Shown in pieces: positions 35,816 to 49,147 of a DNA stretch of 64,000 bases. Location: positions 9,610,001 through 9,674,000 of the forward strand of contig CM102283.1 in NCBI GenBank assembly GCA_046563655.1, written 5' to 3'. Both the position numbers and the translations under genes were made by a program. How positions within the stretch are numbered: the stretch's first letter is position 1; the number at the start of each line of letters is the position of its first letter. The DNA is from Yuukianura sp. NJ FZ-2021. Taxonomy: Eukaryota. The notes under the pieces were generated by a model that was not told the DNA's origin, did no database searches, and saw nothing but the letters and a program-made list of their open reading frames with translations.

Positions 35816-35898
35816 GCATCATCGCATCATCAACATCATCATGATCATCGCATCATCATGATCATCAGCATCATCATGATCATCAGCATCATCATCAT
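35816..35898. repeat. Imperfect (CAT)n / CATCATGATCATCAG microsatellite between rootletin and TBCB
   Basis: Run of CAT/CAG triplets read directly from the sequence. Confidence 0.85.
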
Positions 35899-36184
35899 GG
35901 AAAACGAAATGGAAAGGCAGAACTTGGTTTGGTGAAAACGTAACAAACGTTAAATGACAGATTCCGTCCAGAAACCGGTTAAAAGTTGTGTTCTTATTCA
36001 CAGTTAAAGCTATTTTAAGTTAAAACTTAAGTTAAACTAATAAGTTACTTTAAGTTAAAACTTAAGTTTTAACAGATTGATTTGATTCAAGGCCCTTGCT
36101 ACAATGACTGCCATTAAACAAAAGTTGTGAAATGTGAGAGATTATCGCAGATTATTGACGTTAATTTTAAGAATTTAGCTGGTT

Positions 36185-37012
36185 TCAGATTTCGTCTAAA
36201 TCTTCCAGCCCAAGTTCCGGAAAATCCCCGACTTCCACAGCACTTGGTCTAACAAATCCACCGTACTTGGGCCGACACTCAAAGTATTTCTTTCCATCAA
36301 TCGTTCCGTTGTTCTTCCCAACCGGTTCGTCATACTCCACTCCCACCCAGTCGCCTGGTTTGAAGTGCACTTTTCCTACGTATTTCACTTGTCCACGACG
36401 ACTGGGAGCCCCAGACACTTTGACTTCACATCGGGAGTTAACTGGAATGGTCAAGGCAAGGCTGGATTCGCGAGCTTCCTCTTCTTGCTTCTTTTCAACC
36501 TTCGTTTCATCATACTTCCCCAACTTGTTTCTCATCAAAAACAGCCGAGCACTTTCTAAAACAAAATCAACTTTACTTTTAAATTCCTGAATTGCTTCAA
36601 GTTCAAAATACCTTCACGTTTGGCATACTCTTCTTCACTCAATTGGAAAGCGACATCGGGTGACTCCTCCAGATTGTTATGGTCTGAGACATGCAGAATC
36701 ATGCCATCTTCCATGCCACATTCTCCGAGTGTCCTTGACTCATCTGCGAGGTTGCTTGATATGCAGTCTCCATCTTTATTCCTAAGTTCCAACTGCATTG
36801 TGGCCATGTTACCGCCAGTCAGCAACTCCAATTTGCCCTGTTCAAAACAAAATGTCACACTGTATGTAACAACCGAATTCTGATATTGAGCTGTTTACCT
36901 TTAGATCCCGCAGGGTGATGCGTGATGAAAATCGACGTTCGACGGTAGACGGACTCAGGTTGCTTGTGACTGTCAGTTTAATGTAATCGTTTATACTGTC
37001 ACCGGGCTCCAT
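36185..37012 (-). CDS. TBCB: Tubulin-folding cofactor B (Ubl plus CAP-Gly), 3 coding exons
   Basis: IKLTVTSNLSPSTVERRFSSRITLRDLK|GKLELLTGG, LSEEEYAKRE, FLMRNKLGKY, CAP-Gly WVGVEYDEPVGKNNGTIDGKKYFECRPKYGGFVRP, and terminal GDFPE...LDEI. Confidence 0.96.
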
Positions 37013-37539
37013 TTGTTATACCAAGTCCACTCGGATCAACTGTAAAAGTAAACCGATTTAAACAACAAACAATGTAACTTTGGAATTAAGGACACTTCAT
37101 AGTCTTACCAGTACTAAATCCAAGATGCTTCGGGGATGCCGAACGGATGAAATCAGCAAACAGAGGCCGTGAATCACTAATTCCTAGAAATTAACAACAA
37201 AAATTAATTCAATGCAATTTTTTTTTGCGAATTTCGATCTTGTTTTCTTGTTTGAAGTTTGACAATTCATTTTTCATCTTTTTAAAATTTTAGTTTCCCG
37301 CCAATGAAGGGAGAGTTCGCAACTGTCATGAACTTTAAATTGAAGTAATGCTGAACAAAAGTTGAATTAGAATAATTCAACAATTCAAATGTTTGTTCAA
37401 ACAAATTAAACATTCTATTCTACATTTATATTTTTAAAATACTAAAAGCAGTAATTAAACGCTAATGTTTTAGTTTTCTATAGACTTTTAGGCTGTCATT
37501 GGGATAACAAATTCTATGTAGGACTCGAAACTTTAGTTG

Positions 37540-37621
37540 GCAATCGTAGCCAAGTGGTTACGGCGATAGACTTGAAATCTATTGGGCTCTGCCCGCGCAG
37601 GTTCGAATCCTGTCGATTGCG
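37540..37621 (+). tRNA. tRNA-Ser (anticodon TGA)
   Basis: Acceptor stem GCAATCG/CGATTGC+G, anticodon arm ATAGA-CTTGAAA-TCTAT, long variable arm GGGCTCTGCCC, T-loop GGTTCGAATCC, followed by a T-run Pol III terminator. Confidence 0.95.
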
Positions 37622-38053
37622 AAATTCTTTTTTGCAATTTCTTTTCCATGTTTCTGAACGTTTTGCAGCTTAATTGGTATTTTTATGCATAAAACACGCT
37701 TCAACTGTACAATTAATAATATTTTACTTGTTAAACTCTAATTTATCACATAAAAATGACGCTCTTGTTCGAATATTACGCCATTTAATTTTTTCGTTCT
37801 AAGAATCTTAGAAACAGAGAATTATGTTTCAAACTTATTTTAAGCCCCCCTTCCCCCCAACACTCTATCGGACGGATAATTAAAAATTCATTGAAAACAG
37901 TTTACGTTGGATGTGGTTGAAAATTTGGACCACTGGATTTAATTAAACTTAATTCCCCCTACCTCAAATTGCTCTTAATTAATTTTTTTTAAGTTGCTTC
38001 TTCCATAAAATCAATTGGTCAACTGGGTTGCTTTTTAATTTGAAAGTTGCATC

Positions 38054-40032
38054 ATGGGAAGCACAACTCTAATTTCGGCCATCTTGGCCTTTGTTCTTCT
38101 AGCATCTGCGCATGGGTTGAAAACTAGTCGGACCAGTTCGAGCTCAACTACGACCACTTACGAGTCAACTAGCTCCTACCATCGACCAGCATCCACTTCG
38201 TCTTACTCGAGTCACAGCAGTTACGCAACTCCCGGCGGGGCAACTTCCTACCAACAAAACTACTACGCTCCCACATATGCAGCACAAACAAGTCCAGGAG
38301 GGTCGAGCTACAGCAGTCACAGCAGTTGGAGCAGCAACTCTGGCGGTACTGGAGGTACCTCTGCTGGATTTATGGTACCGTCGACAGCATCTACGACATA
38401 CTCACATAAAACTTCAACAAGTGGTACCTCTACTCCTGGATTTGTACTTCCATCGGCATCGACCTACTCTCAGAAAACTTCATCCAGCGGAGGTACCGGG
38501 ATACCTCCAGGCTTCATTGTTCCTGGATCAGGGGTATTCTCTGAAAAAAGTTCAACGTTTACCACGCATGATAGCGATGACTCCAGTACCTCCATGGCAG
38601 GGTACCACCAACCAGCAGCATACACTCAAAGGCCTTCATTGAAAGGTGGCAACAGCGGATCGTCATCCACCTATTCTCAAACCACTTCATCAAAAGGTGG
38701 CAACGCTGGAAGATTTGTGGTACCTTCATCATCATCATCCACCTATTCTCAAACAACTTCATCAAAAGGTGGCAACACTGCTGTATTTGCGGTACCTTCA
38801 TCATCGGCATCCACCTATTCTCAAACAACTTCATCAAAAGGTGGCAACACTGGATTTGTGGTACCTTCATCGTCATCCACATATTCTCAAAGTCAAACAA
38901 CTTCTTCAAAAGGTGGCAACACCGCTGCATATGTCTATCCACCCCCGATAACCAGCAGCGGTACCAAAGGCGTATCTACAACAACCACTTCCACTTCTTC
39001 CGGAATTGACTCAGGCCTTCTAGCTCCATACCCCGCCTATAACGATTACGGCGGGTCAAAAGGCAGTAGTGGATTTGTGGTACCTTCTTGGGCTCCACCG
39101 TTGCCATCTAGCGGAAAATACACCTCAACCACCACAACCACAACAAGTACCGACGGCAGTACCGCGTTGCCACCTGGATTCATAGCTGGTGGGTCATCGA
39201 TCTACTCAAAAGGTGGATCATCCAGTACCTACGACACTGACTCCAGCAGTACCTCCGTCGCTGGACTTCGGGTACCTTCTGGTTCGGTTTCCCATTCGTC
39301 AACGACTTCATCTTCTTCGTCGAGAGGTGGCTCTGGCGGATTTGTGGTACCAATGGCGCCACATACGACATCTACCGGAAAATACTCCACTTCGACAACA
39401 ACTACGACAAATGGAGAAGGCGGGGCTTACTACTCTTATCCTTCTGGACCTAATGGCTACATGTATACCACCAACTACGAAATGTCACCACAAAATGTCA
39501 TGCACAACGTCCAGCAAAGTCAGACGAATGTCAACCACTCTCCGGTTTTTCTACCGGCTTCCGGAACGAGTTACTCTTCTAGCGGTACCAGAAACTACTA
39601 CCACACGCAGTACATCTACAGAGACCAAGCGGTAAATCGGAACAGAGCGGACCAATCAGCTGAAGAGAAAGGCAAATTTTTAAAAACTAGGAAAAAATTT
39701 TTTAGAAAAGTTTTAATTTTTGAAATTTTGTAGCAATGATTGCTCGGATGACGGCGGCTGGAGAAGCTGGATCGAAACCGATTGTGCTTTACGAACACAC
39801 AGACCATAGTGGGCGTGGCCTAATTTTGTTGGTGGGCAAAGGTCAATGTCTCGACTTGCCCCCGGACTTCAACGACATGGTTTCTTCAGTTAACACTTTT
39901 GGCGCCTGTTTTTCACTGTGTGAACATTCGGATTGTACCGGAAGTTGCAAAAAAATTACATCCGGCAATGGACAACACACTTACGTCGGGGATTTGTACA
40001 ACGACGAAATCACTTCTGTCAAACTTTGCTAA
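38054..40032 (+). CDS. Secreted Ser/Thr/Gly-rich repetitive protein with C-terminal beta-gamma-crystallin-like domain; exons 38054-39671 and 39734-40032
   Basis: Signal peptide MGSTTLISAILAFVLLASAHG; repeats STYSQTTSSKGGN..FVVPSSS; last exon IVLYEHTDHSG...DFNDMVSSV...LCEHSDCTG...YNDEITSVKL forms two Greek-key motifs. Joining in frame requires a GC donor at 39672. Confidence 0.78.
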
Positions 40033-40142
40033 ACTTTCTATTTTTCAAAAAATACTTTCCTTTAACTAAAAAAAAAAAACAAATTTCTAAATTGTCGGAA
40101 TTCAAAACTGTCGAAATTGGAAATTGTAGAAATTGAAAATTT

Positions 40143-41512
40143 CTATTTATTTGTGTAGTACTTTCCTTTGATAAACGGCATTTTCGTGATTTCTCCACTT
40201 ACCAAAGTATTTCTAACTTTGATTTTGAGTTTAGTTCCAGCAGTGGCCACGCCCTCGACGTATCCCATGGCAACATTGTACCCCAAACTAGGTGATGGAC
40301 AACCGCTGGTGACCTCTCCAATTGTTTTGGCGGGGTCATTGAGGTCAACTATTGGCATGTGTGACCTTGGCGGTGGACCTTCCCGGGTCACAATTCCGAC
40401 GCGGCGCCGAAAAACTTTTGATTTGTCTTTAATTTGAGCCAAGATTTTTCCCGCTCCGGGAAAATCTTTCTTTTCTTTGCGTGTTTTTCCCAGGAGCCAT
40501 CCAAGTCCAGCTTCAATTGGCGTAGTGTGTTCGTCCATGTCGTTGCCATAGAGACAAAGTCCAGCCTCAAGCCGCAGAGAGTCCCTGGCTCCTAGTCCAG
40601 CTAGTTGCACCTAAAATCATAAACTCAAATTTAGAAATTTCTGAAAAATGAATTTCGGAAAAAGTGAAATTTACATTTGCGACTTTTGATTCGAGCAACA
40701 TCCGGGAGAGGGCGACTGCATGTTCATTTGGAACTGAAATTTCCATGCCGTCTTCTCCCGTGTAGCCACACCGTGTGATTCTGCAGCCCTTGATTCCACC
40801 AACAGTCGTGTTTTGACCATTCATGAAAAAGAGTTTGGACAGGTCAAGGTCAGTCAAGGGCTGCACCGCGGCGGCGGCCAAGGGCCCTTGAACGGCCAAA
40901 AGGGCCAGGTCATCACGGGTGACAAAAGTTACGTCTTTCCCTTTAGACTTGAACGCTGCTTCGGCATTGCGCATGAGCGGAATGTCCTTGTCACGACATC
41001 CAGCATTCGACACAACGTAGAGATAGTCCTGAAAAATGTCAAAAAAATTTTTCAAACCAAAATTTTTGTCGAAATTTTTTCAAAATATTTTTTTTTACCG
41101 ATTCCGTGTTGCTGACAATCAGATCGTCGATGATGCCGCCGTTTTCGTTGGTAAAGAGCGTGAGACTGCCGGTTCCCGGTTTGAGCAGCCCAATGTCGCC
41201 GGTGACCAGCGACTCCATGAAAGGAATTCGGTCTTTTCCCCGAATTTCGGACTGGAGCATGTGACTCACGTCAAAAACAGAAACAGCTTCGCGGGTATGC
41301 AAATGCGACTGCGTAATGGAGAGATTGGAGTACTGCACGGGCATCAAGTACCCTGCAAAGGGCACCATCTTCCCGCCTTGTTCAACATGGAAGTCATACA
41401 GAGGAGTTTTCAAGGCCGATGCTGGAGCTGCTGCAGAGTAACTTCTTAAACCACTGAAAATTAAACTGGAATTTAACTTTCCAAGTGACACACGACCGAA
41501 ACTGCTCAACAT
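40143..41512 (-). CDS. AMT: Mitochondrial aminomethyltransferase (glycine cleavage T protein); exons 41512-41099, 41028-40675, 40610-40143
   Basis: Basic transit peptide, [87 protein letters not shown]. Confidence 0.97.
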
Positions 41513-44500
41513 TTTTCAAAAATCTGAAAAAAAAACACTAGAACAAAAATTTAAACTTTGCCACTACTAAATGCAAAGTGATGACTGATGAGTAGCAGTG
41601 AAAGAGTTTCAAAAGTTTATGAAATTTGAAAGATAATCTTCAGTTGTGGCCCAATCTTGGTTCTAGACTCTGAGTATACTCTACGTGACGAGAGTCGGTG
41701 ACCTTTTGACCTCTCAGATGATTTGGACTTAATCTTTCAAAACTAAAACCAAATTTTGTCATTTCAACTCACCAGCTTGGTCAGTTACTTTTAACTTTTA
41801 ATTTAAGCTTATCTAAATGACACGTAGAAATCAGGTCAAGTACTGATTTTTAGAGATTTTTAAAAGATAAAAAAAATCTGGATGGTCGGAGGTTGTTTTT
41901 TTTTTAAATACACAATCTTCTTTGTCGAATGAAAATTTTGAAAATTTTCGAAATTTTTTGAAAAGTTTAGTTTCTGTAGTTATATCTTGTAAATGTCCTT
42001 CCGTAAACAAGTCGTGTTTAGCGTTGTGAAACTGACTGGGTTTTGGATGTTTCAAATTTTGGACAAAATTTTGATTGTGTGTTAGTATGATCACATACTT
42101 TTAACTTAAAGTTAAAACTTGAGTTAAAATCCATTTTTTGTTGAATTTGGGTGAAATGTTATGTTAGTTGTGAAATGTTAGGGTGAAAGTGATCATTAGA
42201 GAAAGTAGAAAGTGATGACGAAGGACATTCTTGGTATCCTCCTGAGAAAGGACACACTTGGTTTCAGTCTTTTCAAATCTCCCGCCTTTTCTAAGGGGGA
42301 ATTAAGTGCCCGGCAGAATTTGAAAATTCACACACAGATTAAGCACTCTTTACGATCCAACATCTTCAAACCTCCCCCTAGCCAATCAATCATCAGTCTT
42401 TACTCTAACATCGACGTATCACTAATGTTACCTAACATTTTCATTAGCTTTACTCTTTTCAAAAAAGTGTTCCAATTATTTTTCAAAAAACAGTTTTTTT
42501 CAACTCCTAGTTCCATTTAAATGAAAAATGAAGCTACTTAATTGATTTTTGGTAGCACATTGCTCTTCCGCTCCGAAACACAGAATACCACTTAATCCCT
42601 TAATCTTCAAACTTTGCCGCTTACTCAACTTACACCGAAATTAGGCAACTTTTAAACTTGATGAACATCCAGTCATGCCCATGTACATAAAATTTGAAAT
42701 TTCCCGCGGCTAATTACCACCTACATTTTAAGTTTTGTTCAAAATTAGAGTAGTTTTTGGAATTTTCAGAAAAATTTAAACTTTTCAAAAACCCCCTGCG
42801 GACGTCGGAGCGTAATTTTTGGCAGAATTTTAAGTGGCAAGTTTTGTGGGGGATGCAAAAAAAAAGTTTACAGTTTCACACCCTCGTAAGTTTTTCACCC
42901 TCATAGTTTTTTTTTAAATGCAGAAGCAAATGAGTGCCTTCAAAAATGGTTTCAAATTTCGAAAAATGGCAAATTCCATATGATTTGGTTGTAAAGTGGC
43001 CTGATGGACTGAGTGGCATCATTATCGGTTGTTGAAGTGAAAAGTGTCATAGCATGGGGGGAGAGTAAGTGCTTTTAACAAAACATTTTCAAAAGTTCCC
43101 TCCACTTTGTGTAGGGTTGAGTCACGTGCCATTTAAAATCATTTCCATGTGCTCCATTAAATATGCAATTCCTCATTATTTCTCCAACAAAAGAAGAGAT
43201 GAAGATATGAGGAGGGTTGGGAAAATAATCGTGAGAATACAGCTTATTTCCAACTTATCAAAATTTTACCTCCAAATTCCCCGTCCAGAATTAGCAAAAT
43301 TGCAGCTTCTAATTGCCAATTTAGAAAATTTCAAGGTTAATTGCCAATTAGCAAAATTTCAAGTTTAATTGCCAATTTGGGAAATTATGACCTCTAATTG
43401 CAAATTTTAAAAGCTGCAACCTTCCAATTATTTCCGCGCCGGGAATCCCCTCATACTAAAAATTTTGAAAACGAAGATTCTAAAGGTGACCTCTGACCGT
43501 GACCAATGATGGTAAAGAAATATAAAATGGTTGAAATTAGGCTGATTTCGCACTAATGTTCCCGTGTAAATTTGCGGTTGAAGTGAAGTTGACTACGTCC
43601 TGTACCCACTAGGATGAAGTGAATTGAGTAAAATGAGGGAACAATAGGAAGTTAATTAAGGGTGTTATGATCTCCAATGTCCTTGGACACAAAAATGCTA
43701 ATTTACAACAATCATGGAACTAATCAAATCGTATTCTCCCGCAATTTTTTTGTCCAGAAAAAAAGAGGTAAGATGACACTTTTGAGTTTCTTACAAAACG
43801 CAAATTGCTCATTACGCACCTTCTTGTTCTGGACAAGGCCAGCTTCATTCCAGAAAAAAATCTCAAATGTGTCCTGGCTAACGTTTAATAAAAAACGCCA
43901 TTTTTGAAATTTTGAATGTTTAGAAAATTAGAATTTCTCACTGTTGAACAAAGGAGAGCCTGATTATCCTTAGAATTGAATTGTAACAAGATTGAAGCAG
44001 TTTTTTTTAAATTGAAATTTAGATGACCGAAACCATGATCTGGGCGTCCATTGTGCTAAACAAAGGCTCAATTCCCCCTTCGCGCGCTTTTTCTCCGCTT
44101 AATTGTGTCTAAATCCTAATGTCTAATTGCCTATTGTACTTTTAGCAATGGACACAAGAGACTTTGAACAATACGCTAATGAAAATCCAATACAAATAGG
44201 ATCCTGATTGGTTCAAACGCAAAATAGACGATTGTGATTGGTCCAAATTTGTAACGAGTCTTTTATTATTTCTAGCCCTGATTAACTTAGGATTACACAA
44301 GGATTTATTTCGTGCTAACGGACCAGTGTCTGCATGTTGACAGAATCACGCGCTTGAAGCGCGAAAGAATAACAAAAGAGGAATCTGGTTGTGGCGGGAG
44401 TTTTTGAAATTTTGAAATTTTCCCGGGCAGAAGCTCACAAGAGGATATCCGGACACGAACAAAACAGGCCACCATTAAAACAATATTTTTACAAAGATTT

Positions 44501-47500
44501 AACACGTTTCATTGTCTCTGCTTTGTGAGGAGGGGTTTAGAAGTTGAAAAAAATTGAAGCGGGAGATTTAAAAATATAGGGGGCCCTTAATGTGTTTGAA
44601 AATAGTTCAAGTACCCCTGGTCCCTTAGAATTGAAACAGGAAGTGCTTGGGTACCTTATCATTACAAAGTGTGTTATGTTTAGAGCGTATTAAAGTGGGG
44701 ATTAGCGTGTTTGACATCCACTTAGAGGAGAAAGTGCGAGGTTTTCGTAATTTGTGAAATTGAACCTTGTACCAGGAACTGCTGAGTTAGGTTTATGTTA
44801 GGCTGGAAAAGCAATCAGTCTGAGAAGTTCTAAATTAAATCCTAAAATGGAATTTTCAATTAGAATGAAAGGAAACAAATGTGATCAAGATGTGATGGAG
44901 AGGTGGCGGTTGCTTTGTAGGGGTACTTAAGTGCCCTCACGCACTCCACTTCCCCCGTGGAGGGCTAAGCTGTACAGATGGTGCCCTTAGAACCAATCCA
45001 CTAATGCATTACGTCTTCAATTGATCTCTCTTGTCACTCACCACCACTCACACACAGCCACTTACAACTTCAATTAAACCATCTTACTACTTCATTACTT
45101 CCACTAATTACAAACTTCATAGCCTAACTCAAACAGCGTCAGCATCAGCCATCACAACCCAGCAGCATCAGCATCAGCCATTCTGCGCAGCACACTTTTC
45201 AGCTACAACAAACTTTTAAAAAAATTCATCATTTGGTGGAACCGAAAATGTCAAACTTTCTTAGAAATCTGCAAAATTCTCAGAAATTCTGCAATTTAGC
45301 GCTGGAATTGCTCGTACTGCAGTAAAATGCTTAGTTTTCAGTGCTCATGCGTAGAACTGGTTATGATTCAACTCCACTTGAGTTTCACTCTTTTTGCATT
45401 ATGTCCCAAGGCATCGCCCGAGGCAGTGCAGTTGCCAGGTAATTGAATAAGGAGCAGAGTGACACTAATCCCCGGAGAGCCCGGAAGCAGCAGCAGTTGG
45501 TCTCTTCTCACTTTAAGCATTCATTACGCAACAAGAGAAGAATTAAAAAGTGTTGTGCGCATGAGCATTTGAGTAGACTAATAGATTGACACTCTGGTGA
45601 ACAGGCGGGAATTGGATTTTTGAATTTCCAGAATTAAGAGTGTAGACAAAAGCGGGGTGGATTTGGAGCAGAGAGGGGTGGGTTTTTAGAGTGGATTTGT
45701 GTAATGACATGGAAATGTAATCCACAACACTCCCAATCAAGAGGAAATTGGAACAGCACAAATTGCCCCTCCAAATCCATACTCAAATGATTCAGCAGAA
45801 GGAGGAGGGAAATTTCAAATTTCAAAATAATTGAAACAAAGAGAAAGTTTCTGACAAAAGAGAGAGAGAAAGAGAGGGGTTGAGAGAGAGAAAACATTAA
45901 ATCCACATTAAACCTTAGCCTTAATCAGAGAGAGAGAGGAGTATAATCTACTTTTCAAAAAAAAAATGAAATTTTGAAAAAATTGAACCATGATTAAGAT
46001 TTGGTTTGAAAAAGCTGATTTTGAATGAATCAATTTTTGGAGAGTGGAGAAAGTGGAAGTTTTTTTGCACTTTCTCCGATGAAGACAGTCGCTCCATCAT
46101 TCTACAGCGGTGTTTCTACTCAAATAATTTTTTAAAAAAAACCAAACTTTTTTTTAAACATTTTTTAGAACAAGGCTCTTACGGAAATTACAATTGAAAT
46201 TGAATTAGTTCAGTGTGCAAGTGACTTTTCTAAAAAAATGGCGGATAATTTGAACCGGGGAAAAAGTGAAAGTCGGAGTTTATCGGAAATGGAAATGCCA
46301 TTTGCCTTCTGTTTTACTCATTTGGTTATTAGGCTTGATTTTTCAAAATTTCAAAATTTTCAAAATTTACCGCTTTTTTTTTCGTAATGGCGTACCATAC
46401 ATGAAGCGTAGTCCGGAAGAGCACAAAGTCTCAAGCTGTGCCCAAATCAGAATTCAATTATGACTCTGCGTTCCCTTTTCCCGGATGAAAACAGTTGACG
46501 CTTGGCGGGAGTAACTACGAAGTTTTTTTTTGGCGGGAGTAACTACTTTCAATTGCTTAATGGTTGTTTGTGAACCTCTGGAAATATTCTGTGTTGGGGA
46601 AATTGAACATTGATCGATAGGAGTTGGGCACATTGCCAGAGAGGGGGAATTTAGAATCAAGTGGCCATAATGTTATTAGCCAAAAAGTTTTCGGTAACAA
46701 TTCAACCACTCCGCATGCTACTTGAACTTCCGGTTGAAGTGAGGCGTGCTCTCCACCTTGTAATCACCTCCAAAATCATCTCCTGGAACTGGCTAATATG
46801 ACCTTAATTTTTCTAGTTTTCTTGATTTGATTTTCAAATGTCAGGAAACGGTGAAAGCAGGCGGCGGCGGCACACGTTCACGTCCATGTTCTCCGACGTT
46901 GGCTTAATTTATTTCCGTTCCTAATTTCACAAGTTGTTTCTTGAACGTAAAAAATTGAATACGGCTGTGGTACACCCAATGTACCCATCCAGTCTTGTGC
47001 AAAAATCAGCTTCACCCAAGTGTTACAAATCACCGTACTTCAAGACAACCTTTAATGTATCCGTATTAAAAATTGAAATACGGCTATTGTACACCCAATG
47101 TACCCATCCGATTTTCTCCAAGAATCAGCTATAAAAAGAGGTCACAATTCGCCTTACTTCAACCGAAATCTAAATTTGAATACTCCGATGCTAAAATTCT
47201 CCACAAAAATCAGAAATCTTTAAATTTAATCAACCCAATTGGAAACTTTTCTAAGGGCTTTTGAGTTATAATTTTTACAGTTACGGTTTGAATGAAGCAC
47301 AGAGGTACCCTTAAGGGTACTCAAGGCTTCCGTAGGTTTCTAAGGGCTCCTTTCTCTTTTCCATTGTTAGTATCACAAGGTTATGCTGTTAGCATACCTA
47401 CGGTATTACAACAATAGTATTTTGAAGAATAGCTCCACTCCTGGGTTCAGTTGAGGGTTGAATTGAGAAAATGTTTAGAGGGGAACCGGATTTCATTCCA

Positions 47501-49087
47501 GAACCGAAAAACGCTTCTTTGGATCTGCGCCTGTGTCCAAAATTCAAAAAAAAAATGTGTGAGGGGTTCGCGGGAACGAAGGCTGGTTGTGTTACTCCAA
47601 ACTCTGCTTCAGCCGCACTTCGTCGTTCTTCCTTAGCGTCTCTCACAAAAAAAGAGTTTTTTGTTCGTAGATTTGGAGGAGAGAGATTCAGTTGTTAGTG
47701 AGAAGCCGATTGGGAGAGTTGTGTAACCGCCCTCTACTGTTCCAGTAAACGCAGATTAACAAACAATAGGCTCATTAAATTCCAAAAGAACAACTTTTAA
47801 TCTCACATTTTAACAGAAACTTTAAAAAGAGAGGTCACCGAAAGGTCAAAGGTCAGCACGTGAAAAGTGACTCTAAAGTTTCAGCTGAATTGTGTAAACA
47901 CGTGGAAGCTGAAAGGTTAATCACTTGAGTCATTAAGTTAAAATTAACTTTAACTTGGTTTGACAGCAGTTAAAAAGTGTGTGGATTCCAATTAAAAAGC
48001 TGATTACTTTGTAGTTATTGTGTGTCCCATTAAGGAACTCATTTGGAAGTTGACCGGCACTTAATTAATACAATTTGGGAATTGACACGATTGGAAATCC
48101 GCTTTCTGCGGTTACTCCTATTGGACTTTGACAGCAATTAGCAAACACTTTAACTTAACTACACAGCAAAATTAAACTTAACTGCACAACTAAACTAACT
48201 GGACACTTCAAACATTCAAGTACAATACAACTTAAAACATTTGTGCAAAAAAGTTACAAAACTTGAGTTTTTACAGTAGTGTTGAGAGTGCAACCTTCCA
48301 ACGGTTGTAACATTCCAAGTTACAGTTATTAAACTCGTTTAAAGTGAAATTAATTAATACGCCAAATTCATCATCGCCAAAAGGTAAGCTGCAATTTCAA
48401 ATTTTTCAAGTGCTAAAAACTTATTCAATTAACTTTTTCATTTTTCCAACTTTTTTTACATGCTCATTTTTTTCTCATCAACTAAAAGATGATTTTGGTA
48501 ATGAGAAGCTCAGCAGGGTAGAAGTTGACTAGACGTTGCAGTGTTGTACTCATGTTAATTTTTTTCACTTTTTCGTTTTTTGTTTCTTTTTTAAAAAAAT
48601 TTCAATTTCTTTGACACTAAAGCCTCGTCCTGGTTTTTGTTGGCTTTCGGTCTCATCTCAGATTCTTAGTTGTCTCCATGTTTCATCTTTAATTTGCTTA
48701 CATCATCGCATTAAATTTGCCCCACACGAGACCAAAGGCTTCATATATTTTGAAAAAGACGGTGGATAAAGTGTCACAACGCCAAATATACTAAAAGTGA
48801 AACATAAAAAAATATGTGTGTTATAACATGTATTTATATCTACTCATTAAAACTCCTTTGGCTCACTCTCTAACTAGCTACTTTTTCATTTTTCCATATT
48901 TTTTTCAAATTTTAGTTTTTTAAAAAGTGTCATTCACATAACGAAATGCTTGGTTTTGGGTTGAAGTTTAAATGGAACTAATGAACGACTTTTCCATAAA
49001 TTCAACCTCACTTTTCTCATCTTTCAAAAAAGTTGTTTCTTTTTTAATTAAAAGCTCTCAGTGTGTCCTTTCTCTCTCTCTCTCTGC

Positions 49088-49147
49088 ATAGTTACTCCCT
49101 CCACTGCCTTGGCGGGAGTAACTATGAAAAGTGGAGGGAGTAACTAT
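49088..49147. repeat. Perfect 18-bp inverted repeat built from the dispersed TAGTTACTCCC motif
   Basis: ATAGTTACTCCCTCCACT (49088-49105) and AGTGGAGGGAGTAACTAT (49130-49147), with a third copy GGCGGGAGTAACTAT between them. Confidence 0.85.
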
